This document shows positions 51,496 to 64,000 of a stretch of DNA of 64,000 nucleotides, piece after piece. The position numbers were made by a program, and so were the translations under genes. The notes beneath the pieces are model-generated. The model was given only the letters and a program-made list of their open reading frames with translations. It was not told the DNA's origin and searched no databases. Each line of letters opens with the position of its first letter. Within the stretch, counting starts at the first letter, position 1. Source of the DNA: Leucoraja erinacea (lineage: Eukaryota). The DNA lies in contig NC_073379.1 in NCBI RefSeq assembly GCF_028641065.1, forward strand, positions 112,592,001 through 112,656,000, in the 5' to 3' direction.

Positions 51496-53534
51496 ATAAT
51501 CATACTTTATTAGTCAAGTATGTTTTGCAACATACGAGGAATTTAATTTGCCACACAGTCATACCAATACAGAGCAACACGACACACAAAATACATTTTA
51601 AACGTGAACATCCACCACAGCGACTCCCCCACATTCTTCACTGTGATGGAAGGCAACAGCGACTGTATGGTCCTCCCATTGGATGTAGTCTCAAGCTCTC
51701 AAACCTATCGCACTGCAGATTTATTTTTAACCTGCATTTTCTCTAACTGCAATGCTATAAGGTTGTAATGCTGGATCACTTTAGTCTGCACTGGTATATT
51801 TTCCTTTGCCTACCTCTTGTATTTGTGTATGGCTTGATTATATTTTATAATATGATCCGACTCAAGAGCATGCAAATAAAGTTTTTCACTGTTTCTTGGT
51901 AGAGGCGACAATAATAAACCAAATACCGATAGGTTAAGGTTCACTTGCACAGAATTTCTAATTTCTGTTCTGTTTCTGTTTGTAACCTGTGTTTCATTCT
52001 AACCTAGAGCTAAGGAATTAGTTTAACATTATCTTATCCAGTAGCATTAATCTGGTATTTCCTGGAAACCAAAGGATCGTTAACTATGAACCTATCTATG
52101 TATGTTTGATGGTGGAGGGATCCGGGGTCCATGAAGATCTAGACCAATTCAAGAAAAACAACAAACAGAATTTGAATTTTGTGCTAACTGAATCTGTATT
52201 CCGAAAAGCACAGCAGCATATAAATTAAGGACTAAAATCAGAAATATTTTTCTTCTAAGGTGATCAGAAAAGTGTGTCAAGAAATTCAAGTGAAGAACAA
52301 CATTCTTTCTTCTCGTGCTTGTACCCAATTTATTTTCCCTGATAACATTTGAAACATGAGTCAACAAAAATTCAAACCGTCACTTTGGGACATGAGTCAC
52401 TGTTATGTGACTTTCTTTGAGAACATTTCAGGGGTATTTGAACCATATTGTAAAGCAAAATACTGTTGATTCTATAAATTCAGCTTCAGAAGGTTTTAGC
52501 CCATTTTGGATCAAAGCAAAGTAAGGGCATCTGCAGCTGAGCATTCTAGGCACATGGATGGCTGAAGCTAGTAGATTACTCCTTTTTAATGGGTCTCCCC
52601 CAACCCAGTCTCAACCAATCATCCTCCCCACAGGCCCATCTAATCTATACTTCTCCAACCCTGTAATACCTCCAAAGAGAAATCCAGTTGTGTGTTTGTA
52701 CATTGTACATCTGATCATCTGTAGTGCTGCCAATTCCAAACTCTATCTTGACCATATTCATCAGACATAGGTCCTCCACACAATATCTCCCTTTCCCTCC
52801 ACTGTGCCAATCTATTCAATCCCCCAACTCTAACATTTTGCCTGTCTCTTCCCCTTCCCCCCCCCCCCCCCCTTAAATGCTGATCTCTCACCAATCTGAT
52901 GCAAATGCTAAATGCCAGGGACTCTGTCACCCAACACCAAGCTCCATCACCCTCCATCAGCAAACACCAGTCTTCCACACATTAACAGCTAGTAACATTA
53001 TCTCCCCAAACTTCCACGCCTAATGCAAGTCTCTCCCTTCCAAATATATTGTCCAGGTATCTCTACTCCTCCATATAAAATTCCCATACATAGTGCAGGT
53101 CTTTCATGCGATGTTATCATAAGCAAATGCTAATCGTTTCCCCGAACACTGCCAGTCTCTACCCATTTGTCACACCAAATTCTGGTTTCTCTGCAAACTC
53201 CCCAATACTATGTGCAAGTCTCTTCAGTGATTCCCCAAAAACCAAGTGCTAGTTTCTCCAATGATATACCAATACCAAGTCCCTCATATTTCTTCTAATA
53301 ACTAGAACCATGACTCTTCCCAATTAGCCCTCTCAACATCAAGTGCTGGCCTCTATCCAATAATCTTCAACATTGTGTTCTAATCATTCCACTCCTCCAA
53401 CCATGCCAGTCCCTCCCCTCTCTGATTGATTGATGTGGCATTATTTACCTTTCAACATCAACATCTTGCACCAAAACTGTGTCAGTCACTCCCCTAATCC
53501 TTTCCAGATGCATGGTACTCTAATGCTACCCATA

Positions 53535-53965
53535 TCATAAGTTCATAAGTGATAGGAGCAGAATTAGGCCATTCGGCCCATCAAATCTACTTCGCCATTC
53601 ATTCATGACTGATCTATCTTTCCCTCTTAACCCCATTCTCCTGCCCTCTCCTCATAACCCCGGACACCCGTACAATCTCTGCCTTAAAAATATCCATTGA
53701 TTTGGCCTCCACAGCCTTCTGTGGCAATGAATTTCACAGATTTACTGCCCTCTGTCATAAGAAATTCCTCCACATCTCCTTCCTAAAGAAACGTCCTTTA
53801 ATTCTGAGGCTATGACCTCGGGTCCTAGACTTTCCCACAGACTCTCAACATCCACTCTATCCAGGCCTTTCACTATTTGGTAAGTTTCAATGAGATCCTC
53901 CCTCATCCTTCTAAACTCCAGCGAGTGCAGGCCCAGTGCCATTATACTCCATTCGTATGTTTCAT
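53535..53965 (-). mobile_element. CR1 3' fragment
   Basis: LGLHSLEFRRMREDLIETY on the minus strand; cataagt tail. Confidence 0.85.
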
Positions 53966-56352
53966 CTCACATCCAGATACAGGCTGAGCCTCGCCTAGGA
54001 AAAGAAAATTGTAAAATTCAATGTTCGTTCTGTTGCATTGTAAACAACCCTAACAATCTCAGGGTTGGAGGAAACACACTCTGATCTGTATCATTCAGTT
54101 TATATCACTGTTCTGAAAAACTGATATCAAATATTTAAACACGGACAACTGAATAAAAAAAGTAATTTAAGATCAAAATATTATTGTCCTGTAAGTGATT
54201 TAAACATACATATAAATGGTGCCCAAAAGTGTACATAGACTGCATGGATTCCCAATGCTTAAAGTGACTGTACTGTAGTTTAATGACCCATGGGACAGGG
54301 AACTTAGCAAGAGCTTAGAGGTTGAAGTCAGTTGTTGTATCTTGTGATATTTTGCATAAAACAGAGGAATGACAGTAAACCACAGTAAGACTTAGAACAG
54401 TAGAGTTCAAGTTCAAGTGAGTTTATTGTCATGTGTCCCTGATAGGACAATGAAATTCTTGCTTTGCTTCAGCACACAGAACATAGTAGGCATTTACTAC
54501 AAAAACATAGGAACAAGCCCTTTGGCCCACTTTGTGTATGCAACATCTAACATACAATACTCAAGAACAAATAGTAGAGCAAGGCCGCTGATTCAAAAGG
54601 AAATCGAGGATTGCAGTGTTCTTTATTTAGAAGATGGCTCGTCCGTAACTCACCTGACCCTGCTGTACATTCAAGAGAATTCTCCACTTATCATATGGAT
54701 TGTACAGAATCTACAGGCAAGGGAAAAGCGGCAAAGTCTCCTCTTTGATCCACAATTCACAATGCACTGTTGTGATGGTCTGAGCACAATTCTGCTCCCC
54801 TCATCAGAAATTCCCATCCCATTTATCTACTAAGGAAATACTATCATGTTGGCGGTCTACTTATGACCCCAAACAAAAGCCAAGATGCCACAGGATGAAT
54901 TAGGCTCAGTCGTCAACTCTCTTGAGACAGCAGACTCTGATGCCCTGTTCATCATCACCGGTGGCTTCGATCAAGCAAACTTCACCAACATACTCCTCAA
55001 ATACCATCTGCATGCCTCCTGCCCCAAGTGAGATGTTGAGTAGAGTTTTCAGTTTGTTTAAGTTTAGTTTTATTGTCACGTGAACTGAATTACATTGCCA
55101 AGCTTTTGTTGCATGCCAACCAGTCAGCGGAAAGACAATACATGAATACAATTGAGCTGTCCATAGTGTGCAGAAACATGATAACGAGAATAACGTGAAT
55201 GACGTTTAATGCAAGATAAAGTCTGAGGGTCTCCAAAGAGGCTGATAGTAGCTCAGGACTGCTCTCTAGTTGTTGGTAGGATGGTTCAGTTGCCTGATAA
55301 CAGATGGGAAGAAACTGTCCCTGAATCTGGAAAACTGTCCCTGAATTTGGAAAACTGACACTCCAGATCACTGCTACATCACTGTCAGGTGTGCCTACCT
55401 CTCCATCCCTCATCCTCATTTTAGCTAGTCTGATCATCTGTCAGTGCTGCTGCTGCCAGCTTACTAACAAAACGAGTATACAGGAGGTATGAGGCTGAGA
55501 ACCTACTTTAGGACTACCTTGAACTCAGTTCACACGAAGAACACTTTAAGGCCACTTCATCCAGCCTAACCAAGTAGACCTCAGTTGTCACCGGTTTCTT
55601 CAAGAAATGCCTTGATGATTGGATTCTGACAAACACATTAAGGAAGAAGGGTCTCGACCCGGAATGTGATCTATTCCTTTTCTCCAGAGATGCTGCCTGA
55701 CTCGCTGAGTCATTTCAGCCTTTTGTGTACGTCTTCGGCTTAAACATCTACAGTTCCTCCTTACACAAAGACATTAGGGTCTATCTTAACCAGAATTCTT
55801 GGATGAGCAGATTCACTCTCTTCTAAAGGACAGAATCAAGGCTTTCAATCAGGATAATCCTGTACTTTACTAGGTGGCCATATACGAGTGCCATAAGGCT
55901 ATCAGGAACGTGTAGGAAGGAACTACAGATGCTAGATAGACGCAAAATGCTGGAGTAACTGAGGCAGCATCTCTAGAGAGAAGGTGACGTTTCAGGTCGA
56001 CACCCTTCTTCAGGCTGAGGTTATCAGGTATGTTAAGACAATATTCCAGAACAGACAAGAGGCATAATTTAAGCAACCAAATGCCAGAAAACTGTGACTA
56101 AGCCCGAATGAAATAATGGGCAACAAACTGGAATCTGGGGTGACATGTCCAGTATGGTGCAATTCCACCTCTAAAAGATTAAACATCATTATTTAGTTTA
56201 GCAGCCAGGTAACACGTATGTTTAGTAATGGTGCACATAGAGCACGTTTTTGTCTACAAAAAAAATAACACTGGTTATGAGCAATTTATTTTTGAATTGC
56301 TGCAATTCCTCCAGTGAAGATACACTATTTCAGTCACCACCACATCTAAGAT

Positions 56353-57092
56353 AGTCAAGTCAAGTCAAGTCAAGTTTATTCGTCACATACACATACAAGA
56401 TGTGCAGTGAAATGAAAGTGGCAATGCTCGCGGACTTTGTGCAAAAAGACAAACAAACAAACAACCAAACAAACTATAAACACAATCATAAACACACACA
56501 TATTCTTTTACATATTAAATATTGTGGGTGGAAGGAAAAACGTTCAGTAATGTCAGTCCCTGGTGAGATAGGCGTTTACAGTCCGAATGGCCTCTGGGAA
56601 GAAACTCTTTCTCAACCTCTCCGTTCTCACAGCATGGCAACAGAGGCGTTTGCCTGACCGTAGCAGCTGGAACAGTCCATTGCAGGGGTAGAAGGGGTCT
56701 CCCATGATTTTATTGGCTCTGGAGTTACACCTCCTGGTGTATAGTTCCTGCAGGGGGGGGGCGAGTGAAGTTCCCATAGTGCGTTCGGCCGAACGCACTA
56801 CTCTCTGCAGAGTCTTCTTGTCCTGGGCAGAGCAATTCCCAAACCAGATGGTAATATATCCGGACAAGATGCTTTCCACAGCCGCTGAGTAGAAGCACTG
56901 GTGGATCCTCGGAGACACTCTGAATTTCCTCAATTGCCTGAGGTGGTAAAGGCGCTGCCTTGCCTTACTCACCAGTGCTGAGGTGTGTGATGCCCATGTC
57001 ATATCCTCGGAGATGTGGACTCCTAGATATTTAAAACAGTTCACCCTATCCACAGTATCCCCATTTATACTCAATGGTGTGTACGTCCTCGG
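56353..57092 (-). mobile_element. Rex1/Babar LINE 3' end with (GACTT)n tail
   Basis: Open frame FKYLGVHISEDMTW...KARQRLYHLRQLRK...SFFPEAIR. Confidence 0.93.
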
Positions 57093-57392
57093 TAGACACG
57101 ATAGACACGAATGCTGGAGTAACTCAGCGGGTCGGGCAGCATCTCTGGGGAAAATGGATGGGTAACGTTTCAGGTCAGCTACCTTCCTCACCCCCATATC
57201 TAATTGGCATTTAACAATGGGCAATAAACGCTGTCCTTAAATTCCACTGATGGAGAAACAATGGATTACTTCCACAAAATGATCCTTAAAGTATGAAAAA
57301 CTAAAAAAAGGTAAGAGAGATAACCAGGAAAATGGAGAGATGGTAAACAAATGAATTACATAAAATCACACTGTATTTCACATCTTGATCAT

Positions 57393-57780
57393 TAGCTTGA
57401 CTTAGTTGGTAGCACTCTCACTCACTCCTGAGTAAAAAGGTTGCTGGTTTAAGATTTCAAGGTTTGTGTACAGAATCTAGGTTAACACCTCATCTGAGAG
57501 ATTCTGTACAGTCAGAAAGGCTGTCTCTTGGCAGAGGCGTTAAGGAACATAATGATTTTACATGTAACGTTAACGAGCCAATGGAACACTAAAAAAAAGT
57601 CAGGGTGTATTTTTGAGAACTCATGCCAACATTTCAACCAATGGCAGTAAAAACAGACTGACTTGTTATTTACTCCTTTAATGTTTGCAACATTATATGG
57701 ATAACATTTGCTACTGCATTTGCCCAAATAACAATGTATTAATGCCTATTAACCTAGAACATTTGCAAATAATTTAAATT
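57393..57780 (+). mobile_element. Old tRNA-derived SINE, DeuSINE/SacSINE-like
   Basis: A-box-like tgacttagttggtagcactct and degenerate B box ggtttaagat, followed by a decayed body. Confidence 0.4.
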
Positions 57781-60496
57781 TTCAATAAGAGGTTGGAGGA
57801 AGACATTGAATTGAAAAAAGTGAATTCAAAACCACTTTCAAGATGATCCCTAATAGGTGACCAATCAGCTTTCACAAAGCGGGCTGGTCAGTCAAAGCAG
57901 ACTCCATGCCTCCATTGTAAAGGATATTGCCTTTAATGTTTTTTTTTGTTTTAGAATTATACCACATGGAAACAGGTCCATTGGCCTACTGAGTCTGCAC
58001 TGACCATCACAAACCATTTGCATAATCACTGCACTAATCCCAGGGACCAAAAAAATGTATAAATTGAAAAACTCAATGGAATGATGGATATCAGTATTCT
58101 AGAACAAGCAGGTGATTTGGTCCAAAATTAAAAAAAAAAAACACGAATTCTAGACACACTTGCGACCTCCAAACCCAAATAACATAATTTCCCATACACT
58201 TACCTATCTTACAATCCCTTATTCGGCACCCCAATACATTCCAAACAACTTCCTCATTTTCAACAGTTACCTCTGATCTTCAACATAGATTTCAAACTCC
58301 CAATAAATCATCCATTGGGAATGTCCCTGATCTCCAAATAGCCACAGTAGAGGGGGGGGGGGGGGGTAGATTATGCTGGAGAACACAAAAGCTGGCAGCG
58401 AGGGGGGGGGGGGGGGGGACAAAGACAGAAAATCAGAAAATCCCACTAATTCTTCCGTCTTTTCATCTGCCTTTGCCCAATCATCTGCCTATCAGAACCC
58501 CCCCTCCCGCATCTCTCTTCCAGCTTTCATCCCCCACCTCCCACTGCCACGATCCGTCTGAAGAAAGATCCCAAACCGAAAGATCATTTCCATGTTCTCC
58601 AGTGATGCTCCCTACCCGCTGAGTTACCAGTACTTTGCGTCTTTTTTGTATTTCAAAAGCAATTACAAATTAATAACAACATGAAGCAATTGAAAATAAA
58701 TATCATTATGTATTTTGTTCACAATGACATCTTGATAATATTTAATATCAAGAAACACAACCAGGTCAACTTAGCACTTTACAGCTGACAAAATTATTGT
58801 TGATGTAAAAAAAAATCTATGATCCAATTTGATCAGGTAGCAGCCCAACCATATTATGTTCAAACAGTTTAATTTTCCTGTTGAATCCACAGAGCAAACC
58901 GGTTCAAGCCTCTAGGTTACATATGTCATGGGCATTATCATCTAATTTCTGGTGCATATACTTTTAGAACTTTTAGTTGTACTTATAAGTTTCAAAATAA
59001 AAATGTAGAGGGAGAATACCACATATTCTCCCGCCTTCCCCACCCCTATTTTAAATGACGATTGCTGAATGGAGAAGCCCGAGGCAGCACAAACACAATA
59101 ACCACTATACCGCTACAATTGTAAATTAAGAGATGCTTGCCTTGAAATGATTCACTCTTTACCATTTTGTTAAACGTGCTATGTGTCTCTTCAATACAGA
59201 GTCCGATGAGCAAAAACTTGAAAATCCTGATAGAATAAATAAACTCCATTCTTAACTACTCATTAAAAATGATACATGCATGTTTCCAAGTGTCTCCCAA
59301 TGCTATACGCCACATCTTTTATTTAGTTTAGAGATACAGTGCAAAACAGGCCCTTCAGCCCACACCGACCAGCAACCCCCGCACATTAACACTATCCTAC
59401 ACACACACCAGGAACGATTTACAATTATATCAAGCCAGTTAACCTTCAAATCTGTATGTCTTTGGAGTTATCTTTCTCATGATGACCATGATCTTTCATG
59501 ATGACCCCAGGGAATTAAGTCATGTCCTCAGAGAACGCTCTCCATGGCAGGCTAAATAGCCAAGCATTTAAGCTGCAGGGAAGTGCAGACAACAGATGGA
59601 GAGAAAGGACTCATACTCTGCAATGTGTATGAAGATCCATTGTCCAATGGACATTGTATGAATGGCCTGAACTACAAGGAGGTGTAGGCTTATCTTGGAG
59701 CCAATGATCTGAGCACCTTGCACTGTGACAAAGACATTGCCCAGGTAACATGACCGTGGCGCAGAGTGTGACTAAAACATAAATATTCTCACAGAGATCC
59801 TTTAATTTGCATGTCATTGCACTCTTGTTTGCAGGGTTTGTTCGTGTTTAGTTGGGAGTTATAAACAGTCATCGGTCTCACAATATTGCTCCAATTTTTC
59901 TCAGCAAGACAGGGATGAGTGTTACACACATTGATGATGTTAATATATTGATGAATGATAGTGGAAAAATAATAACTAGTCTAACGTGAATGACATCTGA
60001 AAGTTGACTGCCTGATGGCCTATCACCAGAAATGGATGCTTTTGCATTAAAGCAGGCACTGGACTGCCTTTATATTTGATTTGCACATTTTTAAATGGCA
60101 TTAATAAGTTAAATTGTTCGGCAATTCTCCTTCCTTAATGTGCTTTGTGCCAATAAGCAGCCTGAGTGACAGATTGTTGGCTTCAGGTGTCAGGGGAGAC
60201 AGCAAGAATCCAGGTCTTGATGAGAATACATGGATGGGAGTAAGGTGGATATGTAGGTCAGGAGGACAACATCAAAATAAACATCCTGGGAATTTGTAAC
60301 ATTCTTGTGGATTCAATTTGCAGGAAGTCAAAGCGTTGGTCCAATATTAACAAAATTAATAATTAATGCAGCTTTCTGACTAAGTGTGGCTTTAAGAAAG
60401 TCTGGTGAAACTGAATTCAATGAAAAATGGAAAGAAAACCTCCACTCACTGAAGACTGATGGAGCTTTGGGGATCATGAGTGTGATCAATGGATTA

Positions 60497-61418
60497 GAGC
60501 CGTGACTGGGGCCGTAAAAGAAGCCGCCGCTGGAACCAAGGATGAGCCTGGGTCTGGGGTCAGGCACGAGCTCGGAGATGAAGTCGGGGCCTGGACGGTT
60601 GGAGTCTACAGACAGGGCTGGGCCGAGTATGAGAACCAGGCCGAGCTCCAGGCCCTGGCGCTGCTCTACAACCTGGGTAGGTAGGTCCTGGGGCAGGGAA
60701 TGGGAGTGAGGGGAGGAGGATGAGGGAAATGAGGAATAGGAAGATGGGGTGGGGGAGTGGGGTGGTCGAGGGAGATGGGGATGGGGTGGGGAGGAGGGAG
60801 ATGGGGAAGGGTGGAGGAGGGAGATGCCTTCTCCCTATCTACCTCTCTACCTCTACCCCCATCCCCCTCCTTCTCTGCCCCCCTACCCTCTCTACCCCGC
60901 TCCCTCTCTAGGGATTGAAGAGGGAGGATGAAGAGGAGGAGGAGGGAGTGCTGGGGGATAATGAGAAAAATGAGCCGCGCCAGCGCAGGTGGGGGCTATG
61001 CGGGAGGAGGGAGATGGGGGTAGGGTGGAGGAGGGAGATGCCTCCTCCCTATCTACCCTCACTCCCACCCTCTCCACCCCTTCCTCTCCACCCCCCTCCC
61101 TCTCCCTCTCCACCGCTCCCCCCCCACTCTACCCCTCTCTCCCCCCTCCCTCTCTCTACCCCCTCCCCCTCAAATCCCCAGCCTCTCCCTCTCAACCCTC
61201 TCCCCCCCTACCTCTACCCCCATCCCCTTCCCTCTCTGCCCCCCTACCCTCTCTACCCCGCTCCCTCTCTAGGGATTGCAGAGGGAGGATGAAGAGGAGG
61301 AGGAGGGAGTGCTGGGGGATAATGAGAAATGAGCCGTGCCGGCGCAGGTGGGGGCTATGCGTGAGTGGTGTAATATTGCATTGGGGGAACAGACCCAACG
61401 GGTCTGCACTTGGTCTAG
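60497..61418 (+). mobile_element. Helitron-like non-autonomous element with exon-like cargo and internal direct duplication
   Basis: 3' hairpin CAGACCC-AAC-GGGTCTG (61390-61406), 8 nt, CTAG|T (61415-61418); subterminal motif shared with 38887 and 39250. Confidence 0.7.
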
Positions 61419-63208
61419 TCTTTCCTATAACATGGGACCCAGAACTGAACACAATATTCTAAATGCTTTCCCACCAACTTCTTATACAACTCCAACATGA
61501 CCTTCCAATTTCTTTGAAGATTCTATTGGTATATTTATAAACAAAATGCATATCTCCCAATGTTAAAATGCTAATTTTATCTTCAGTTCCGTTTTTACTG
61601 CTGGATGTAAACTCAAGCCACAACTATGCAGGAAGTAAAAAGAATTACATTAGTTAGGAAGGAAGTTGATGCATTCCCTTTGCCATTGCCATTAGAACAC
61701 TTCCTGAATAGCTCAGGATCCCATTAATTCAGGTTGAATGAAATATGCAACGATAGCCACAATCTGTGGTAGGAAAAAGCCAGGTTGCTTTTAAGTATTT
61801 TTAGTAAACTGCTTTCAAGGTTTTAAGGATCCACAATATTTTCTCAATTTGTTTTACATGTGGTAATTCCTTAAGTCACGTTAGTTCTTCATTAGCTGAT
61901 TACTAACTGTGAAGGGCAATATTTTCAGTTTAAGACTGCAGCATAATCATTTTAATTAAACCTCACTGCTTAGAAAACAGTAACTCTTTAGTTTTTCAGT
62001 TAAATATGATCCTTTAAGTAACGGCATCCTATTAAGGTCATAAGGTCATAAGTAATAGGAGCAGAATTAGGTAATTCGGCCCATTGAGTCAACTCAGCCA
62101 TTCAATCATGGTTATTCTATATATCCCTCCTAACCCCATTGTCCTGCCTTTGCATAACCCGTGACACCCGTACTAATCAAGAATCCATCTATCTCTGCCT
62201 TAAAAATAACCAGAACTATTAACCAGATAAGCATCCATTCAGATCAAATTAACATCTCTACTGGCCAGCATTACTATTTTGTCATGGGGTCCAAGTGAAT
62301 TTAAACAAATATAATGGGTGAAAATATTTTAAAATGTTGCTTCTTTTTAAAAAGGTTAATAATTGCAAAAAAAATGCAAGCCAATTACAAAATTGCTTCA
62401 CAAATTGCGAAGAACTAACTGACTTCCAAAGATTAAATCCCAAATCAAAAAAAAGGATGCAGCTTTAACTGACAGGAGTCCTTGTGGGATGAAATCTTTT
62501 GTCTTTGCAGATGATGTAACTTTTCTAGCGGCACCTCTATGTGCGTAGGATTCTCAGTGCTAATTAGGGAGATCCATTGAGGGCACCTCTCTTCTGTGCC
62601 CAACATGATTTCTCGTCTGCTCTACAATGCAACAAAGGTATATTGCAACATGCTGCACAGGAGGCAAACATATGCATTAGTGTGTGATTTATACAGAAAA
62701 CATAAACATAGATATAAACATGAGGACAGATGATCAATGACCTTGAGCTGTTTTCTAACATAACCCCTTTGCAATGAAGGTAGTATTTTCCATGATAGAT
62801 TAGACTATTTATAGGTTTCCCCAAACAGTTAAAATAAAGAACAATTAACACATTGATTACGTAGTTTTCAACCAATCCAAATTACTCTCTTGCCGTGTTC
62901 CCTACAACGATGAATAAATCTTACACATCTAAATAAACACGACAATTTTTTTTTTCATTCAATGGAAACTAATTACAGCTGAGTCATACTGTTATAAACC
63001 GTCCAAGATTCATGGCCATATGATCAATAATCAATAATCTCTAGGGTGAGAGTGTAGAAATACAAAATTAAATAGTGATCACAATTACAAATGTTACATG
63101 TGCAATATGAAATGCAGAAATGAAAGAGATAACTATCGATATTCAGTCATTTCTCCCCCCCCCTTCCACCAAGGAGTGGGAGGGACCTTTACATTCAAAA
63201 CAGTAACA

Positions 63209-63964
63209 AAGTCAAAGTCTCCTTTATTGTCATTCAGACCTTTCAGTCTTAATGAAATTTCATGCCTTGCAGTCATAACATATAATAAAATAACAAAACA
63301 CACAATGAACACAGATTTAACATCCACCACAGTGAGTCTACCAGGCACCTCCTCACTGTGATGGAAGGCAAAAGTCTTAAAGTCCTTGTCTCTTCCCTCC
63401 TTGTTCTCCCTCTGCGTTGAGGCGATGCAGTTTCCGATGTTGTGACCCAGCCGGGTGATGGTAAGTCCCGCGGCTGAATCCGAGCTCCGCGAACGGGCCG
63501 GTTCAAACTCCGCGGCCCGGGGCGGACGAAGCTGCCGCCCTCCAGTCCAGCAGACGAAGCTGTTGTTGCGGGAGCTCCGGAGAATGGGTCACCAACCTGG
63601 GACCTGCGAGCTCCCGACGTTGTCGTCCACTGGGCCCGCCGCTGCAACACCACCACAGCCCCGAAGTCGGCCAGCCCCGCGTTGGAAAGTCCTGGCTCTG
63701 CCTCCGGAGCCTCGAGGTCGGTCCCAGTTGGAGGCGTCAGCACAGACGGAGACGGAAACGGGCGATACAACAAGAAAAGGTCGCATCCCCCCGAAGGAAG
63801 AGACCAAATACATGTTTCTCCCACCCCCCCCCCCCCCCCCCCCCCCCCACACATACACAACTAAAATAAACTGAATAAACTAAAACAACAGGACAAAAGA
63901 AAACAAAAAAAAAGGCAAACGGACTGCAGGCGAGCCGCAGTTGCAGGGCAGCCCCGCCACTTCC
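63209..63964 (-). mobile_element. GC-rich non-autonomous retroelement (architecture like 18571-19452)
   Basis: aaagtc tail, ttattgtcat hairpin region, gtgatggaaggc motif, poly-C/(CA) tract and similar 5' head. Confidence 0.65.
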
Positions 63965-64000
63965 TGTCTGAAGAAGAGTCTTGACCCAAAATGTCACCCA

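Overview
Vertebrate nuclear DNA, most likely from a cartilaginous fish such as a skate or ray (inferred from the repeat families, not proven). The window lies inside one minus-strand gene, SSBP2. Six in-frame GT-AG exons encode its Pro/Gly-rich middle region (28331-28420, 21091-21174, 16677-16736, 8209-8275, 3891-3964, 3535-3602); the rest is intron, including more than 35 kb of the intron upstream of 28420. The introns carry CR1, Rex1/Babar, L1/Tx1, RTE and Penelope retroelements, short Penelope-derived foldback elements, Helitron-like, pogo/Tc1, hAT-like and Harbinger-like DNA-element fragments, satellites and two N gaps. Most notable observations: (1) a decayed copy of what looks like TDP2 exon 1, with Kozak ATG and splice donor, next to a hairpin-ended DNA-element terminus; (2) a Helitron-like element carrying an unidentified exon-like segment; (3) many short foldback elements with a hammerhead-ribozyme core (CTGAAGA-stem II-GAAAC-GTC); (4) an 84-nt SSBP2 exon matching the SSBP3-type GPPGSQPSPHAQ exon. 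Gene and family identities rest on recalled sequences, not searches, and repeat boundaries are approximate.
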